This document shows, in pieces, positions 23,510 to 33,200 of a stretch of 39,110 nucleotides of DNA. The position numbers and the translations under genes are program-made. Source of the DNA: Candidatus Aminicenantales bacterium (GTDB lineage Bacteria > Acidobacteriota > Aminicenantia > Aminicenantales > Saccharicenantaceae); the NCBI GenBank assembly GCA_041736225.1, contig JBGSUG010000405.1, positions 1 through 39,110 on the forward strand, read 5' to 3'. Within the stretch, counting starts at the first letter, position 1. The number at the start of each line of letters is the position of its first letter. Below the pieces are notes generated by a model. That model was not told where the DNA came from and searched no databases. It saw only the letters and a list, made by a program, of their open reading frames with translations.

Positions 23510-24060
23510 TGGGTGCCTCCCCGGGTTTCCTTGAGGACCAGGGCCAGCTGGATCCGCGCCCGGTTGACGCGCGATTTGACCGTGCCCAGGGGCAGGCTGA
23601 GGATTTCGGCGACCTCCTCGTAGCTCTTGCCCTGCAGGTCCCTCAGGATGAGGACCATCCGCATGTCCGCCGACAGGCGATTCAGCCCTTCCCAGACGAG
23701 GGCCTTCGTTTCCCGGGCGACGAGGTCGTCCTCCGGACCGGTGTGGGCCGCCTGGGCGAGGACGCGTTCGTCGAACTCGTCCCGCTGCGTCTTCTCCCAC
23801 TTGGTCCGGCGGTACTCGTCGATGAGGTGGTTTTTGGCCAGGGTCAGCAGCCAGGCCGTGAAGTTCTTGCCGAAGTCGTATTTCGGCAGGGCGCCGTGGA
23901 GCTTGAGGAAGACCTCCTGGGTCCGGTCCTCGGCTTCTTCCCGGCTGCCGCAGAACTGATAGGCCATGCTAAATATCCTCCTGGCATACACGTCCATAAG
24001 GGTTTTCCAGGCGCTCTGGCTGCCTTCCAGGCAGTCCCTGATGGTCGCTTCCAAGTCCAC
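23506..24060 (-). CDS. ECF RNA polymerase sigma factor (SigW/SigE-like)
   Basis: AEDRTQEVFLKL, FTAWLLTLAKN, SYEEVAEILSLPLGTVKSRVNRAR. GTG start. Confidence 0.93.
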   Translation of the reverse strand: MDLEATIRDCLEGSQSAWKTLMDVYARRIFSMAYQFCGSREEAEDRTQEVFLKLHGALPKYDFGKNFTAWLLTLAKNHLIDEYRRTKWEKTQRDEFDERVLAQAAHTGPEDDLVARETKALVWEGLNRLSADMRMVLILRDLQGKSYEEVAEILSLPLGTVKSRVNRARIQLALVLKETRGGTQ

Positions 24061-24074
24061 TCAATTCACCCTGG

Positions 24075-24102
24075 TTGACGGATTCGGACGGTACAAAGTT
24101 CC
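24075..24102 (-). promoter_or_regulatory. ECF-type (sigmaE-like) promoter of the leftward sigma operon
   Basis: Minus strand GGAACT, 16 bp, CGTCAA, lying 14 nt upstream of the GTG. Matches the classic GGAACTT-N16-GTCAA ECF consensus. Confidence 0.7.
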
Positions 24103-24153
24103 GTTCCGGCCCCATTTTCTTACAATTCCGCCTATAATAATAGGGTGCGAAAT

Positions 24154-24182
24154 GTAACTTTCTCGGGGAGTACGGGGTTTTA
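24154..24182 (+). promoter_or_regulatory. Putative ECF-type promoter of the rightward sigma operon
   Basis: GTAACT (24154-59), 16 bp, GGTTTTA. A TATAAT is also present at 24133-38. Confidence 0.4.
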
Positions 24183-24193
24183 GGATTACGAGG

Positions 24194-24778
24194 ATGGACG
24201 AACATCAGCTGATCCGCCGCGTCCAGGACGGGGACCAGGAGGCGTTCGCCCAGATCATGGGCCTCTACAAGGACAAGATCGTGAATTATCTCTACCAGTT
24301 CTCGGGCGACTACCAGAAGGCCGTCGAGCTGGCCCAGGAGACCTTCATCCGGGTCTACTTCAAGGCCGACCGGTACAGGCCGATCGCCCCGCTCTCGGCC
24401 TGGATCTATACCATCGCCTCGAACCTGGCCAAGACCGAGTGCCGCCGGTCCCGGAAGATGTCCACCGTCTCGCTCGAGGACATCCCCAATAATTTCTCGA
24501 GCGGCACTTATTACGAGGACCCGGCCGACCCCGGGCTCGTCCGCAACCTCCGCGAGGCCCTGGACGAGCTCCATCCGCGCTACCGCGTCCCCGTCGTCCT
24601 CAAGGACATGGAGGGTTTCTCCCAGGAGGAGATCGCCCGGATCATCAAGAGGCCGGTCGGGACGGTCAAGGCCCGGATCAGCCGCGGCCGGGAGCAGCTC
24701 CGCAGGAAGCTCGAAAAGGCCCGGGACGGCGAGTCCTTCGCGGCCGAAAAAGAGGTGAGCGAACATGGAAGGGCATGA
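24194..24778 (+). CDS. ECF RNA polymerase sigma factor
   Basis: GDQEAF, ELAQETFIRVY, SAWIYTIASN, SQEEIARIIKRPVGTVKARISRGR. Confidence 0.93.
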   Translation: MDEHQLIRRVQDGDQEAFAQIMGLYKDKIVNYLYQFSGDYQKAVELAQETFIRVYFKADRYRPIAPLSAWIYTIASNLAKTECRRSRKMSTVSLEDIPNNFSSGTYYEDPADPGLVRNLREALDELHPRYRVPVVLKDMEGFSQEEIARIIKRPVGTVKARISRGREQLRRKLEKARDGESFAAEKEVSEHGRA

Positions 24779-25166
24779 GCTTTTCGCAGGACTGAAGAGG
24801 GTCGAGGCCCCCGCGGGCTTCGAGGAGGGCGTGCTGGCCAAGCTGCCCGCCGCCCGGAAGGAACGGGCCCGGGCCCGGCGGGCGATGACTTACCGGTATG
24901 CTTTCGCCGGCTCGGCGGCGCTCCTCCTCGCCGGCTTCCTCTTCTTCAATCCTTCCGGCGTCGACAAGGGGACCGTTCTTTCCTACGCCGAAAGGGAGGC
25001 ACTCTCGGCCACTCCGGAAATCGGATCGAGAGGCGGCTCCCGCCTCGTCCCCGTCTACGAGACCATGGACTACGCTTCGGAATACCGCAACGCCCGCACG
25101 CAACCCCGGACGGTTTACATACTGGAGCAGGTTTCCGAGACCGTATCTTCGGAAATCATTTATTAG
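24765..25166 (+). CDS. Putative single-TM anti-sigma factor
   Basis: LKRVEAPAGFEEGVLAKL followed by one TM. Overlaps the end of the sigma gene. Confidence 0.7.
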   Translation: MEGHELFAGLKRVEAPAGFEEGVLAKLPAARKERARARRAMTYRYAFAGSAALLLAGFLFFNPSGVDKGTVLSYAEREALSATPEIGSRGGSRLVPVYETMDYASEYRNARTQPRTVYILEQVSETVSSEIIY

Positions 25167-25180
25167 GAGGTTCAGACGCC

Positions 25181-26827
25181 ATGAACAGGATGCTCAAACC
25201 GGCCCTCGTGATCATGGCCTCTCTGGCCGTTCTGGCCCCGTCCTACGGGACCGAGGCGGCAGGGGCGAAAGGTATCGGCGGCGAGCCCGACATCGCGGGC
25301 GTCGCCAAGAAGGTCTATCCCTCCGTCGTCCGCGTCGAGGCCCTGAACGGCACCCGGCGCGTGGCGACCGGAGTCGTCGTCGAGAAGGGCGGCTACATCG
25401 TCACGACGGCGCTGATGTCCCCGCGCGAAGAAAAGATCACCGTCACGACCTCGGAAGGCAAAAAGATCGAAGCTGAGTTTTTGGGCTTCGACACCGAGAC
25501 CCAGCTGGCATTGCTCAAGGCCAAGGACGCCGGCCTGCCGGCGCTCGCTATCGGGAAACCGTCCGACCTCGCGCCGGGGTCCTGGATCTGCGTCGTGGGC
25601 GTCTCCCCCGAGGCGACCGCGGCCGTGACCCAGGGCATCGTCAGCTCCGTCGCCGGCGACAAGGTCCGGCTCAACGTCTGGGTGACGCCCGGATCGAGCG
25701 GCGGTCCCGTCGTCGACGCCAACGGGCGGCTGGTCGGGCTCCTCCGCGGCATCTACATGGAGGAGCGTCCCGTCGTCTTCCAGTTCCGGGACCGGGAGCA
25801 GGCGGGTTCCGGCGTCGTGCTCAGCAACCGCGCCGAGGCCCCGTCCTCGGGCATGGCCCTGGCCGTCCCCATCGACGTCGTCATGGATGTCGTCGGCCAG
25901 ATCAAGGACAAGGGCAAGGTCGAAAGAGGCTGGCTTGGCGTCGGCATCGGCCAGGATCAGGAAGGCCGGACCGTGATCGGCACGGTCGACGAGGAGAGCC
26001 CCGCCGGACTGGCCAAGCTCCAGCCCGGCGACGTCGTCCTCAAGATAGGGGACCGCGACGTCCCGAGCCCCGACGTCCTGGCCGCCGAGATCCGCAAGAA
26101 GAAGCCGGGGCAGGACGTCACGCTGAAGATCGAGCGCGACGGAAAGCCCATGGACGTCAAGGTCAAGCTCGGCGAATTGGCGGAGGACGACGCGTTCAAG
26201 GAGATGGATGCCCGCTTCCCCGGTCTCTTCGGGCCCGGCGCGCCCGGTCCGCTGATCAAGCCGAAGTCGGGCGCCCCGGGAAGCCCCGCGAATCCGGTGA
26301 TTAAACCAAAGCCGGGATCGCCCGATCTCCGGTTCACCCCGCGCCCGCCCGAGTGGACGTACGAATCCCGCAAATACATCGGCGTCTACTGCAACGAGCT
26401 CAACCGCGAGCTGGCCGAACACTTCGGGATTAAAGAAGGGACAGGCCTGCTCGTCTCGAGGTTGACCGAAGACGGTCCCGCCGCGAAAGCCAAGGTCCGG
26501 GTCGGCGACGTCATCGTCGCGGTGGACGGCAAGCGCGTCGAGACCGTGAACCAGCTCCTCGACCTCGTCCAGGCCACGGAAAAAGGGTCGAAGATCAAGC
26601 TGGAAGTCCTCAGGGACAAGAAGGCCGTGACCCTCGACGTCGAAGTCCAGGAGGATGAAAGCGGCGATCCGTTCGAATCCGAAGGCCTCCAGGGATTCCT
26701 CGAATCGTGGCAGGGATACACGGACGCTTTCAGGAACGAGATCCGGAAATGGCAATCCGAGGGTACGCCCGAGCTCCGGCAGAGCCTCAAGAAGTTCAGC
26801 CTCAGGGGAGGACAGCGAAGGATCTGA
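25181..26827 (+). CDS. HtrA/DegP-like trypsin-PDZ-PDZ protein with degenerate catalytic triad
   Basis: Signal peptide, PSVVRV, ATGVVV...GYIVTT, TQGIVS, PGSSGGP, two PDZ domains (RGWLGV, YIGV). Catalytic His and Asp not found at the expected places. Confidence 0.88.
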   Translation: MNRMLKPALVIMASLAVLAPSYGTEAAGAKGIGGEPDIAGVAKKVYPSVVRVEALNGTRRVATGVVVEKGGYIVTTALMSPREEKITVTTSEGKKIEAEFLGFDTETQLALLKAKDAGLPALAIGKPSDLAPGSWICVVGVSPEATAAVTQGIVSSVAGDKVRLNVWVTPGSSGGPVVDANGRLVGLLRGIYMEERPVVFQFRDREQAGSGVVLSNRAEAPSSGMALAVPIDVVMDVVGQIKDKGKVERGWLGVGIGQDQEGRTVIGTVDEESPAGLAKLQPGDVVLKIGDRDVPSPDVLAAEIRKKKPGQDVTLKIERDGKPMDVKVKLGELAEDDAFKEMDARFPGLFGPGAPGPLIKPKSGAPGSPANPVIKPKPGSPDLRFTPRPPEWTYESRKYIGVYCNELNRELAEHFGIKEGTGLLVSRLTEDGPAAKAKVRVGDVIVAVDGKRVETVNQLLDLVQATEKGSKIKLEVLRDKKAVTLDVEVQEDESGDPFESEGLQGFLESWQGYTDAFRNEIRKWQSEGTPELRQSLKKFSLRGGQRRI

Positions 26828-26848
26828 GAGACCTGCTCCGGGTCTTTA

Positions 26849-26888
26849 GGGGACATGTACCGCTCCGGTACGTGTCCCCGTTTTTTTC
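26849..26888 (+). terminator. Hairpin terminator / REP-like palindrome between convergent htrA-like gene and trmH
   Basis: GGGGACATGTACCG-CTC-CGGTACGTGTCCCC followed by a T run. Confidence 0.8.
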
Positions 26889-26893
26889 TTTTC

Positions 26894-27481
26894 TTATTCC
26901 TGGAGGTTCAGCCACTTGCCCCTGAGCCGCTCGAGCTCTTCGGCCGGGAGCCTGGCCTTGTCCCGGTAGCCCGCGGCCTCCCGCTGCCGCAGGGCTTCGT
27001 ACAGCATGACCGCGACCGACACCGACAGATTGAGGCTCTGGACCATCCCGAACATGGGGATGCGGACGACATTGTCGGTGAGGGCGAGGCATTCGTCGGT
27101 GATGCCCTCGGCCTCGCTGCCGAAGACGAGGGCGACAGGCCGGGCGAGGTCGACCTCCGTGTAGGGGATCGAATCTTTCCGGAGATGCGTGGCCAAGATC
27201 AGGAAACCGGCGTCCTTCAGCGGTTTTAGGCAGGCCGCCGGGGTCGGGAATACGGAGATCTCCAGCCACTTGTCGGCCCTCGTCGAGATGGCCTTGTTGG
27301 GCTTCAGGGCCTCGGGATTGGGCCCGATGAGGTCGAGGTGGAGCACGCCGGCAGCGTCGCACGTCCGCATCACGGCGCTGGCGTTGTGGGCCAAGGTCAC
27401 GCCCTCGAGCACGACCCGCAGGTCGGCCTGCCGGGAGGCCAGGACCCGCTCGACCTTTTCGATCCGTTCCGACGTCGGCAT
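26894..27481 (-). CDS. trmH: tRNA (guanosine-18 2'-O)-methyltransferase, SpoU/TrmH family
   Basis: HNASAVMRTCDAAG, ALVFGSEAEGI, IPMFGMVQSLNLSVS. Confidence 0.9.
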   Translation of the reverse strand: MPTSERIEKVERVLASRQADLRVVLEGVTLAHNASAVMRTCDAAGVLHLDLIGPNPEALKPNKAISTRADKWLEISVFPTPAACLKPLKDAGFLILATHLRKDSIPYTEVDLARPVALVFGSEAEGITDECLALTDNVVRIPMFGMVQSLNLSVSVAVMLYEALRQREAAGYRDKARLPAEELERLRGKWLNLQE

Positions 27482-27568
27482 GCGGGGACTATAACAGACG
27501 GGCGGAGGATAGGCAACGGCCTCCGTTCTTGAATTGGGCCGCTTTTTCCCCTATAGTTAACGTTCCGC

Positions 27569-27654
27569 GCCGGTGTGGCGGAACTGGCAGACGCGCGGGA
27601 CTCAAAATCCCGTTCGGGGCAACTCGAGTGTGGGTTCGATTCCCTCCACCGGCA
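27569..27654 (+). tRNA. tRNA-Leu(CAA)
   Basis: GCCGGTG/CACCGGC acceptor stem, anticodon arm CGGGA-CTCAAAA-TCCCG, long variable arm, GGTTCGATTCCC. Ends ...GGCA-CT with no encoded CCA. Confidence 0.95.
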
Positions 27655-27749
27655 CTTTCAATATCAACAACTTAGACCTCAGATAGAGGTCTGCTTCGGT
27701 GAGGGTCAAGGGAGCCAGAAGGAGCCTAAAAGGGCCGTTTTCAGCCACC

Positions 27750-27773
27750 AACACGAAAGGTAACACGAAAGGT
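27750..27773 (+). repeat. Tandem 12-bp direct repeat, candidate integrase arm-binding sites
   Basis: AACACGAAAGGT twice, about 95 bp downstream of the tRNA end. Confidence 0.6.
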
Positions 27774-27877
27774 CATTTGATGCACCATTCCCGGCACGCC
27801 ACCGTCACCCGGGGACCGGTCTGGACATCTTTCCTGTGTTCTATGAGTACAGGAGAGGTTCCAAACGGGTATCGGGT

Positions 27878-28318
27878 CTAGAGTACGAGGTCAATTGTTA
27901 TCTTGAAACTCTCCGTGCAGGGTGTCTTCTTTCGCCCTTTGGGAGAGGACTCGTATCCGTCACAGAAGTGATAGAACTCGCGATGCGTTTCGTGTTTATC
28001 CAACATTTCTTGAAGGTATCGCGGTACATAAATGCCAGGATTCGAGCAATTATGATTCCAACAGCAAAACAGAAGGTCACTGTCGTTCTTGCCGAACTTT
28101 CTAGTTCCTTTTGTGCGTTGGTTTTCGACCTCGATTGAAGCCTCTCTTATCTGTGGATACTCGTCCTTGATGTAGGTGTTATTTCCGAACTCAACTGGTT
28201 TCTTACACGACTGGCATCTATATTGGTCAAATCTATATTGGTCGCGTCGAAAACCTCCTTCATATTCAAGTTGTCCTCCGCAAGCTGAACATACGTCCTT
28301 GGGATTAGGTACTGGCAT
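27878..28318 (-). CDS. Hypothetical Cys-rich (Zn-ribbon) protein
   Basis: RBS AGGAGG before ATG 28318 (MPVPNPKDVCSACGG...). CxxC twice, CCWNHNC, and further Cys. Confidence 0.7.
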   Translation of the reverse strand: MPVPNPKDVCSACGGQLEYEGGFRRDQYRFDQYRCQSCKKPVEFGNNTYIKDEYPQIREASIEVENQRTKGTRKFGKNDSDLLFCCWNHNCSNPGIYVPRYLQEMLDKHETHREFYHFCDGYESSPKGRKKTPCTESFKITIDLVL

Positions 28319-28364
28319 CTCTTTCCTCCTTAGCGAGAATCCCGCCTTACGCAGGCGTCTATCT

Positions 28365-28733
28365 CTACTTTGGCTTCTTCGTCTCGAAGGGCAATGTCTC
28401 CTCATGCTCGAGCTTCCACGTTCCATCGTCTTGCAGTTCCTCAACCTTGTGGTACTTAGTCCGGGTCTTCCAGTCGAAGTTGAGTGATTCTCTCGTGACC
28501 CGTTTCGTCGCCCCGCTGAGCTTGCTCCTGCCCATTCCCTTGACGATTGTCTTGCCGGCACGCTTCACTCGGTCGTCCCAGCGTTCATACATCCGGGCTG
28601 TCTCGTTGAATACGTCAATGATGTCGGAATGACCGCACAACATCTTAATCACCTGGCCTTGAGCGTCCTTGATGAATGAGACGATTTCCCTCTCAGCTTT
28701 ACAGGTTATGCAGAATCTTGTTGGTTCGTCCAT
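28365..28733 (-). CDS. Hypothetical protein with N-terminal Zn-ribbon
   Basis: MDEPTRFCITC...LCGH. Co-oriented and tightly packed with its neighbours. Confidence 0.65.
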   Translation of the reverse strand: MDEPTRFCITCKAEREIVSFIKDAQGQVIKMLCGHSDIIDVFNETARMYERWDDRVKRAGKTIVKGMGRSKLSGATKRVTRESLNFDWKTRTKYHKVEELQDDGTWKLEHEETLPFETKKPK

Positions 28734-28778
28734 CTTATCATCCAAGTGAGAATCTCCGCCGTGGCCTATCATTTATCT

Positions 28779-29141
28779 TTATGGCAGGCCAAACGCGCTC
28801 TTCATCCCAGCAACGAGAAGCCCTTGTAACACGCTCATCGTCACGGCTCCACCCTTCTCTGCTACAAGGTGCATAGTTTTCTTCCAACGGGCGTCATCTC
28901 GTGCCGCGTCCAAGAACTCGTGACCGTCCCACGTTGGATATTCAACAAGAGCCATCAGACTTTCGCCTGATTCGATTGAAATGTGCCCATGCACGAGCCC
29001 GGCGTTAACAAGAAGGTAGGAGTGATAGGTAATCTGCTCATCCGTGTATCCTTCGATTATGAGAGGGTCGGGCGCAAAAGCCGACTCTGAGTCTTCGACT
29101 GCGAGAAGTATCTTTCGAATAAGCTCCATGTCGCGTTTCAT
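28779..29141 (-). CDS. DUF2513 domain protein
   Basis: MKRDMELIRKILLAVE...YHSYLLVNAGLV...TWDGHEFLDAARDDARW. Confidence 0.9.
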   Translation of the reverse strand: MKRDMELIRKILLAVEDSESAFAPDPLIIEGYTDEQITYHSYLLVNAGLVHGHISIESGESLMALVEYPTWDGHEFLDAARDDARWKKTMHLVAEKGGAVTMSVLQGLLVAGMKSAFGLP

Positions 29142-29283
29142 CCAGGTTCCTCTCTGCGGAAATCAGGACTTTCAATCATCACCCCGCCCCGCCTCCCTTC
29201 TCCAATCTGGGGTAGTTTTGGCTGCGGCATCCAGGGCTGTCTATCATAGGGGCTCTTATATAATGCCCCTGCCTCGTGCCGGC

Positions 29284-29646
29284 TCAATCCCCTGGCCTAG
29301 TCTCGTTCCACCTCTTTCTAAGGAGGCCTTTAGCATCCTTGTGCCAGATTCTAACGAGACGATGATGAATCGGGTCGATATTTCCCTCTAAAAGGTCGCA
29401 CGTATCGAGGTCGAAGCTGACACTGAAGTTCTGTCCGATTGCATGGAAATGAGGATGTACATGCTCTCTGGGCCTTACTTCAATTCTTAGGTCCTTGACG
29501 CGCTCTACGAGGGCCTTAATGCAATAGAGACGACCGTCATGCCAAACTGAGTAACGACCCGACAAAAGTTCTTCTAAAGGTTGAGCGAGTTCTTCAAGGT
29601 TGGTGGCAGCCCATATTTGTCGTTCAAACTCGTCTTCAAGTCTCAT
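29284..29646 (-). CDS. DUF4160 domain protein (HicA/dsRBD-like)
   Basis: LRIEVRPREHVHPHFHA...FDLDTCDLLEG...WNETRP. Start reassigned to ATG 29646. Confidence 0.7.
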   Translation of the reverse strand: MRLEDEFERQIWAATNLEELAQPLEELLSGRYSVWHDGRLYCIKALVERVKDLRIEVRPREHVHPHFHAIGQNFSVSFDLDTCDLLEGNIDPIHHRLVRIWHKDAKGLLRKRWNETRPGD

Positions 29647-29744
29647 ATTATTAACCGACCTGTCTGCTGAGGTACTCCTTGCCTCAACCCAACCGAGGTC
29701 CCTCAAGTATCTATCGGTGCCGTCTATTCTCCCGTAATGCTCTC

Positions 29745-29850
29745 GATGGACCTCGTCTCTGTCTAGGTTATAAAGCTTATATGCCAAATGGTCAATTTGG
29801 AGCCTCCTCCCATCTATTTGGCTTTTAACCGATTCTAACGCACGCTCCCC
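29745..29850 (-). pseudogene. Remnant C-terminus of a type IIG (Eco57I/TaqI-like) restriction-modification enzyme
   Basis: Manual translation ERALESVKSQIDGRRLQIDHLAYKLYNLDRDEV resembles the conserved IIG terminal helix '...QIeatDrQIDqLVYeLYgLteeEI'. Confidence 0.55.
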
Positions 29851-30273
29851 TGCGACGCAATGGGCGAGTCTCCTGGGAAGAGTAAGAGGCCGGTGAAGGC
29901 CCGGACCTTGTGGCCCGAGAACTTACGGCGTTTTCAGTCGCTTTTAGCACACTGTCAACAAGCTCTGTGCCAGCGATACCTGCACTAAAGCCCCGGCGGG
30001 AAGTCCGTTGGCGTCAGCGCTCTATCTAGATAGGCAGACATCAGAGCTATATTAAGGCCACCTTGGACTTCAGCTTTGCCGCCATAGCATGCCTCGTCGG
30101 CCCCGCAACCTGTTACTCTCATTTTCCCCATATGAATCATCCTTTTCCTTTGTTTTTCGTCTAAGCACCATTAGTCCGAAGTGGGCAAGTTTTAGCAAAA
30201 TCTGTTACACCGCCGTTACACTGGGGGGAGTCCACCTTCTCGCTAGAGCCTCATAACTGCGCTGGGAACGGTT

Positions 30274-33200
30274 TTATGCCTGAAGGCATATGTCTAAGAG
30301 CTCTAGGGCACTTTTACGGTCAAGCATGTGTGCGGAGTGCTGGCCTGAAAAGTCAAGAATGCAATCTATGCAAGCTTTGATACAAGTTTGGTCATGCTTC
30401 TCGTTGACGAAAAGAATATCTCGCGCCATTTTTATCCATTCGCAGCCCGTTGCAAGAAGCTCGGAGCAGTGCCCTGTGCCCCCTGGTGATGTGTCGAAAA
30501 TAACAATCCCGGTCTGAGGATAGACTAAGGGCACGAGGGCCATGTCGAGTTCGCGGCGGTCTAATTCAAGCAATCGAGTGCCAGCCATAATGAGAGCTCG
30601 GGCGAGGGAGAACGCTTGCTTGGGCCTGTGTGCTATTACCCCAGGCCACTGCATTAGGAGCATATCGGTCATTTCGCGCGCAGCAATAACTCGGTTTCGA
30701 AGCACTGCTGGCTGTCCCCCTCCGTGCCGGGGCCAGCAAGGTTTGGCTGGGTCTTCAGAGAATATTGAAGCGTGCTCATCAAAATACTTTGGAAGATGCA
30801 TGATGCCTTCTTGGTCACGCTCCTTTTCGCTATCTGCATAACCGCATCGAGTGCACAGAGCAAATCCAAGGGAATTCTCGCCAGAGTTTCGAATAAGTAG
30901 CTCAGCCCCCTCTCTGCATTTAGCCTCTAAGCCTTTAACGCCTCCGAAGTCAGCTCTTACCTCTTCAGTTGAGTCTACCTCAGTGAATGCGATGGGATAC
31001 GCCTTGCTCTCGCCCACGCGCTCAAAAGATATTTCTCGTTCCATCGGCTCCCAGGCAGCGGTCGTATATCCATATCTCGGGAATAAGAGCTTTTCATATT
31101 TAGCTCGGGGGCTCTGGCACGTTGGGCATATCTCGTCCACGGAACGCCTAAGATAGACATGACCTTGAGTGCATGTTATCGCTAGTTCATCCAACCCCAG
31201 AGCACGGTCTTTGTTGGCGTCAGTCCAGTGCTTAGCGACACCCCGAGAGTGCGCGACTCGGCCGCCGACAAGCACGCAAGAACCAGGGACATACTCGCTC
31301 AAGGCTAATAGAGACCCTCGTTCCAATTTGTATCGTTCGCCCGGACGCTTGTGAGAATTATCGTGTTCCTCTTCGTGCGACCTCACGGTAAGACGCTGTA
31401 GATTAATAGGAAATCCATACCGCGGGAGAAACTGATGGTCGGCGAGCCACTCGATTACTGAAATGTCACAGAGTAATCTGGCTTGATACAAGATTGAACT
31501 GGCCTTGGCCATTTCCTGAGACCTCTGGTCAGCTGGGTTTGTTGGAATCTCATCCCATGCATCTTTAAGTTGTGCAACTTCCTCTCGCCATTCCGTCAAA
31601 GCTATATCGAAGACATTGCGGGCGGCAGCAACAAAGGACTTCCAGCCGGCAGCCGTGGCCAGTTTTTCGAAAGGCGTAGCTTCAGCTATTTCGGCGAGGC
31701 GCACATTTATGCCGGCCGGATTTCCCTCAAGGCCTCTAAGAAAAGCAATGAAATCATCAGCATATCCAGTTTTTTGAGGATTCCAAGAGGGTTTCTCTCC
31801 TCTGCTCCACCAACTCGGCAAATTTATTTGTCCACAGAATCCATCCATACGACCAAATGCTTCCATCGTACCCGTGCGACCCGGTTGGGTTGGTCGCATA
31901 AACTCAGACAGCAAAATAGCCTGCAAATGGCGTTGTACAATGCGAGTCCGGTCGAGGAAAACGGTAGGTTTTCGCAGTTCCTTTGTTATGAAGCTCTCAA
32001 AGCGAAGAAATACTTCCCTGTCAAACTCAGAGTCCCGGGCGAATGTTACGACTACCGCAGAGCCATCAGACCTGCGGCCAGCGCGGCCGGCGCGCTGACG
32101 GTGATTAGCAGGACCGGGTGGTACGTTCCCAAGCAGCACGCCGTTCAGTCCACCGATGTCTACTCCAAGCTCCATGGTGGTTGTGCTTGAGAGGATATTC
32201 CGAATCCCATGCTTGAAAAGCTCTTGAAGCCGGCGATTCTCTTGAGGGTTAAGTTGGGCCGAGTGTTCTTCCCCCCATAGCCCCTCTGCAAAGTATTGCG
32301 ACCCTAGCAACTCGCGTCTTGGCCGGCCCCACCGTGGGTCCATATCGAGTTCACCTTCTGATGTTCTCTTCAAATGCCCTCGGCACCCCTCAATCCAGGT
32401 CCATCCAAGTGCAGACCGCGTCCAGACTGTCCCTGTTTCTTGGCACCTAAATAATAGAGACGGGCGCCTGAGAGAAAGCATGTCTAGCTTGAGCCGAAGA
32501 GCTTTGTCAGAGCGCTCTGGACTGACCTGAAGATGTTCCTTGGTTTCTAGCCACGAGCGAATGGAAAGAGTCGTGAATAACTGGTCAAATGCGGCCTCCA
32601 GCATCGTTCCCGATAATTGCTCAAGAATTGATGATATACATCCAGCTTCACGCAGTACATTTACGGCAAACGTTCTTCTCCGCTGGCCTACGGTGGCTCC
32701 CACAAAGGCATGTGCTCTCCAGCCAGCGTAGCGCCGTGTGGCCCATCTCCCCGTTAAGAAAGATTTCCCCATCCAGAGCCGTCCTTCACCAACGTCGCCT
32801 TCGCTCCATCCGATGCAAAGGTCAAAGCGCAGTGAATCTAACAACAGATGAAGAAAGTCCGACCAGCAACTCTGAATCTGCCTTCTGACATTCTCGGAGG
32901 GTAGCTCAGCCTCCAACCTTGCTGGAAGAACTAGTTCGTCAATTCCAGGATATGTCACTTCAACTAGGCCTGTAGCTTCAACATGAACTCGGCCTTTTAT
33001 TGGGCGGTCGACCTCTGAGGAAAGTAGTCCTTGAGCATGTTTTTGCACTTCACTAGTGTTCTTCTCCCAATCTGTCTGGCCAAACGAATCGGCCCTATGC
33101 CTCTCTCCTGTCTCACGATGGAGGATGTGCTTGACCTCGGGACGTTCTGCAAGAAGTCGTGCAAATTCATCAAAAGGAATGCCAGCAATAACGCGAGCAA

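Noticed and set aside
29985-30131. 48-codon minus-strand ORF (MGKMRVTGCG...) with a purine-rich upstream region
   Set aside because: Short, with no recognisable motif or coding bias. Cannot be supported.
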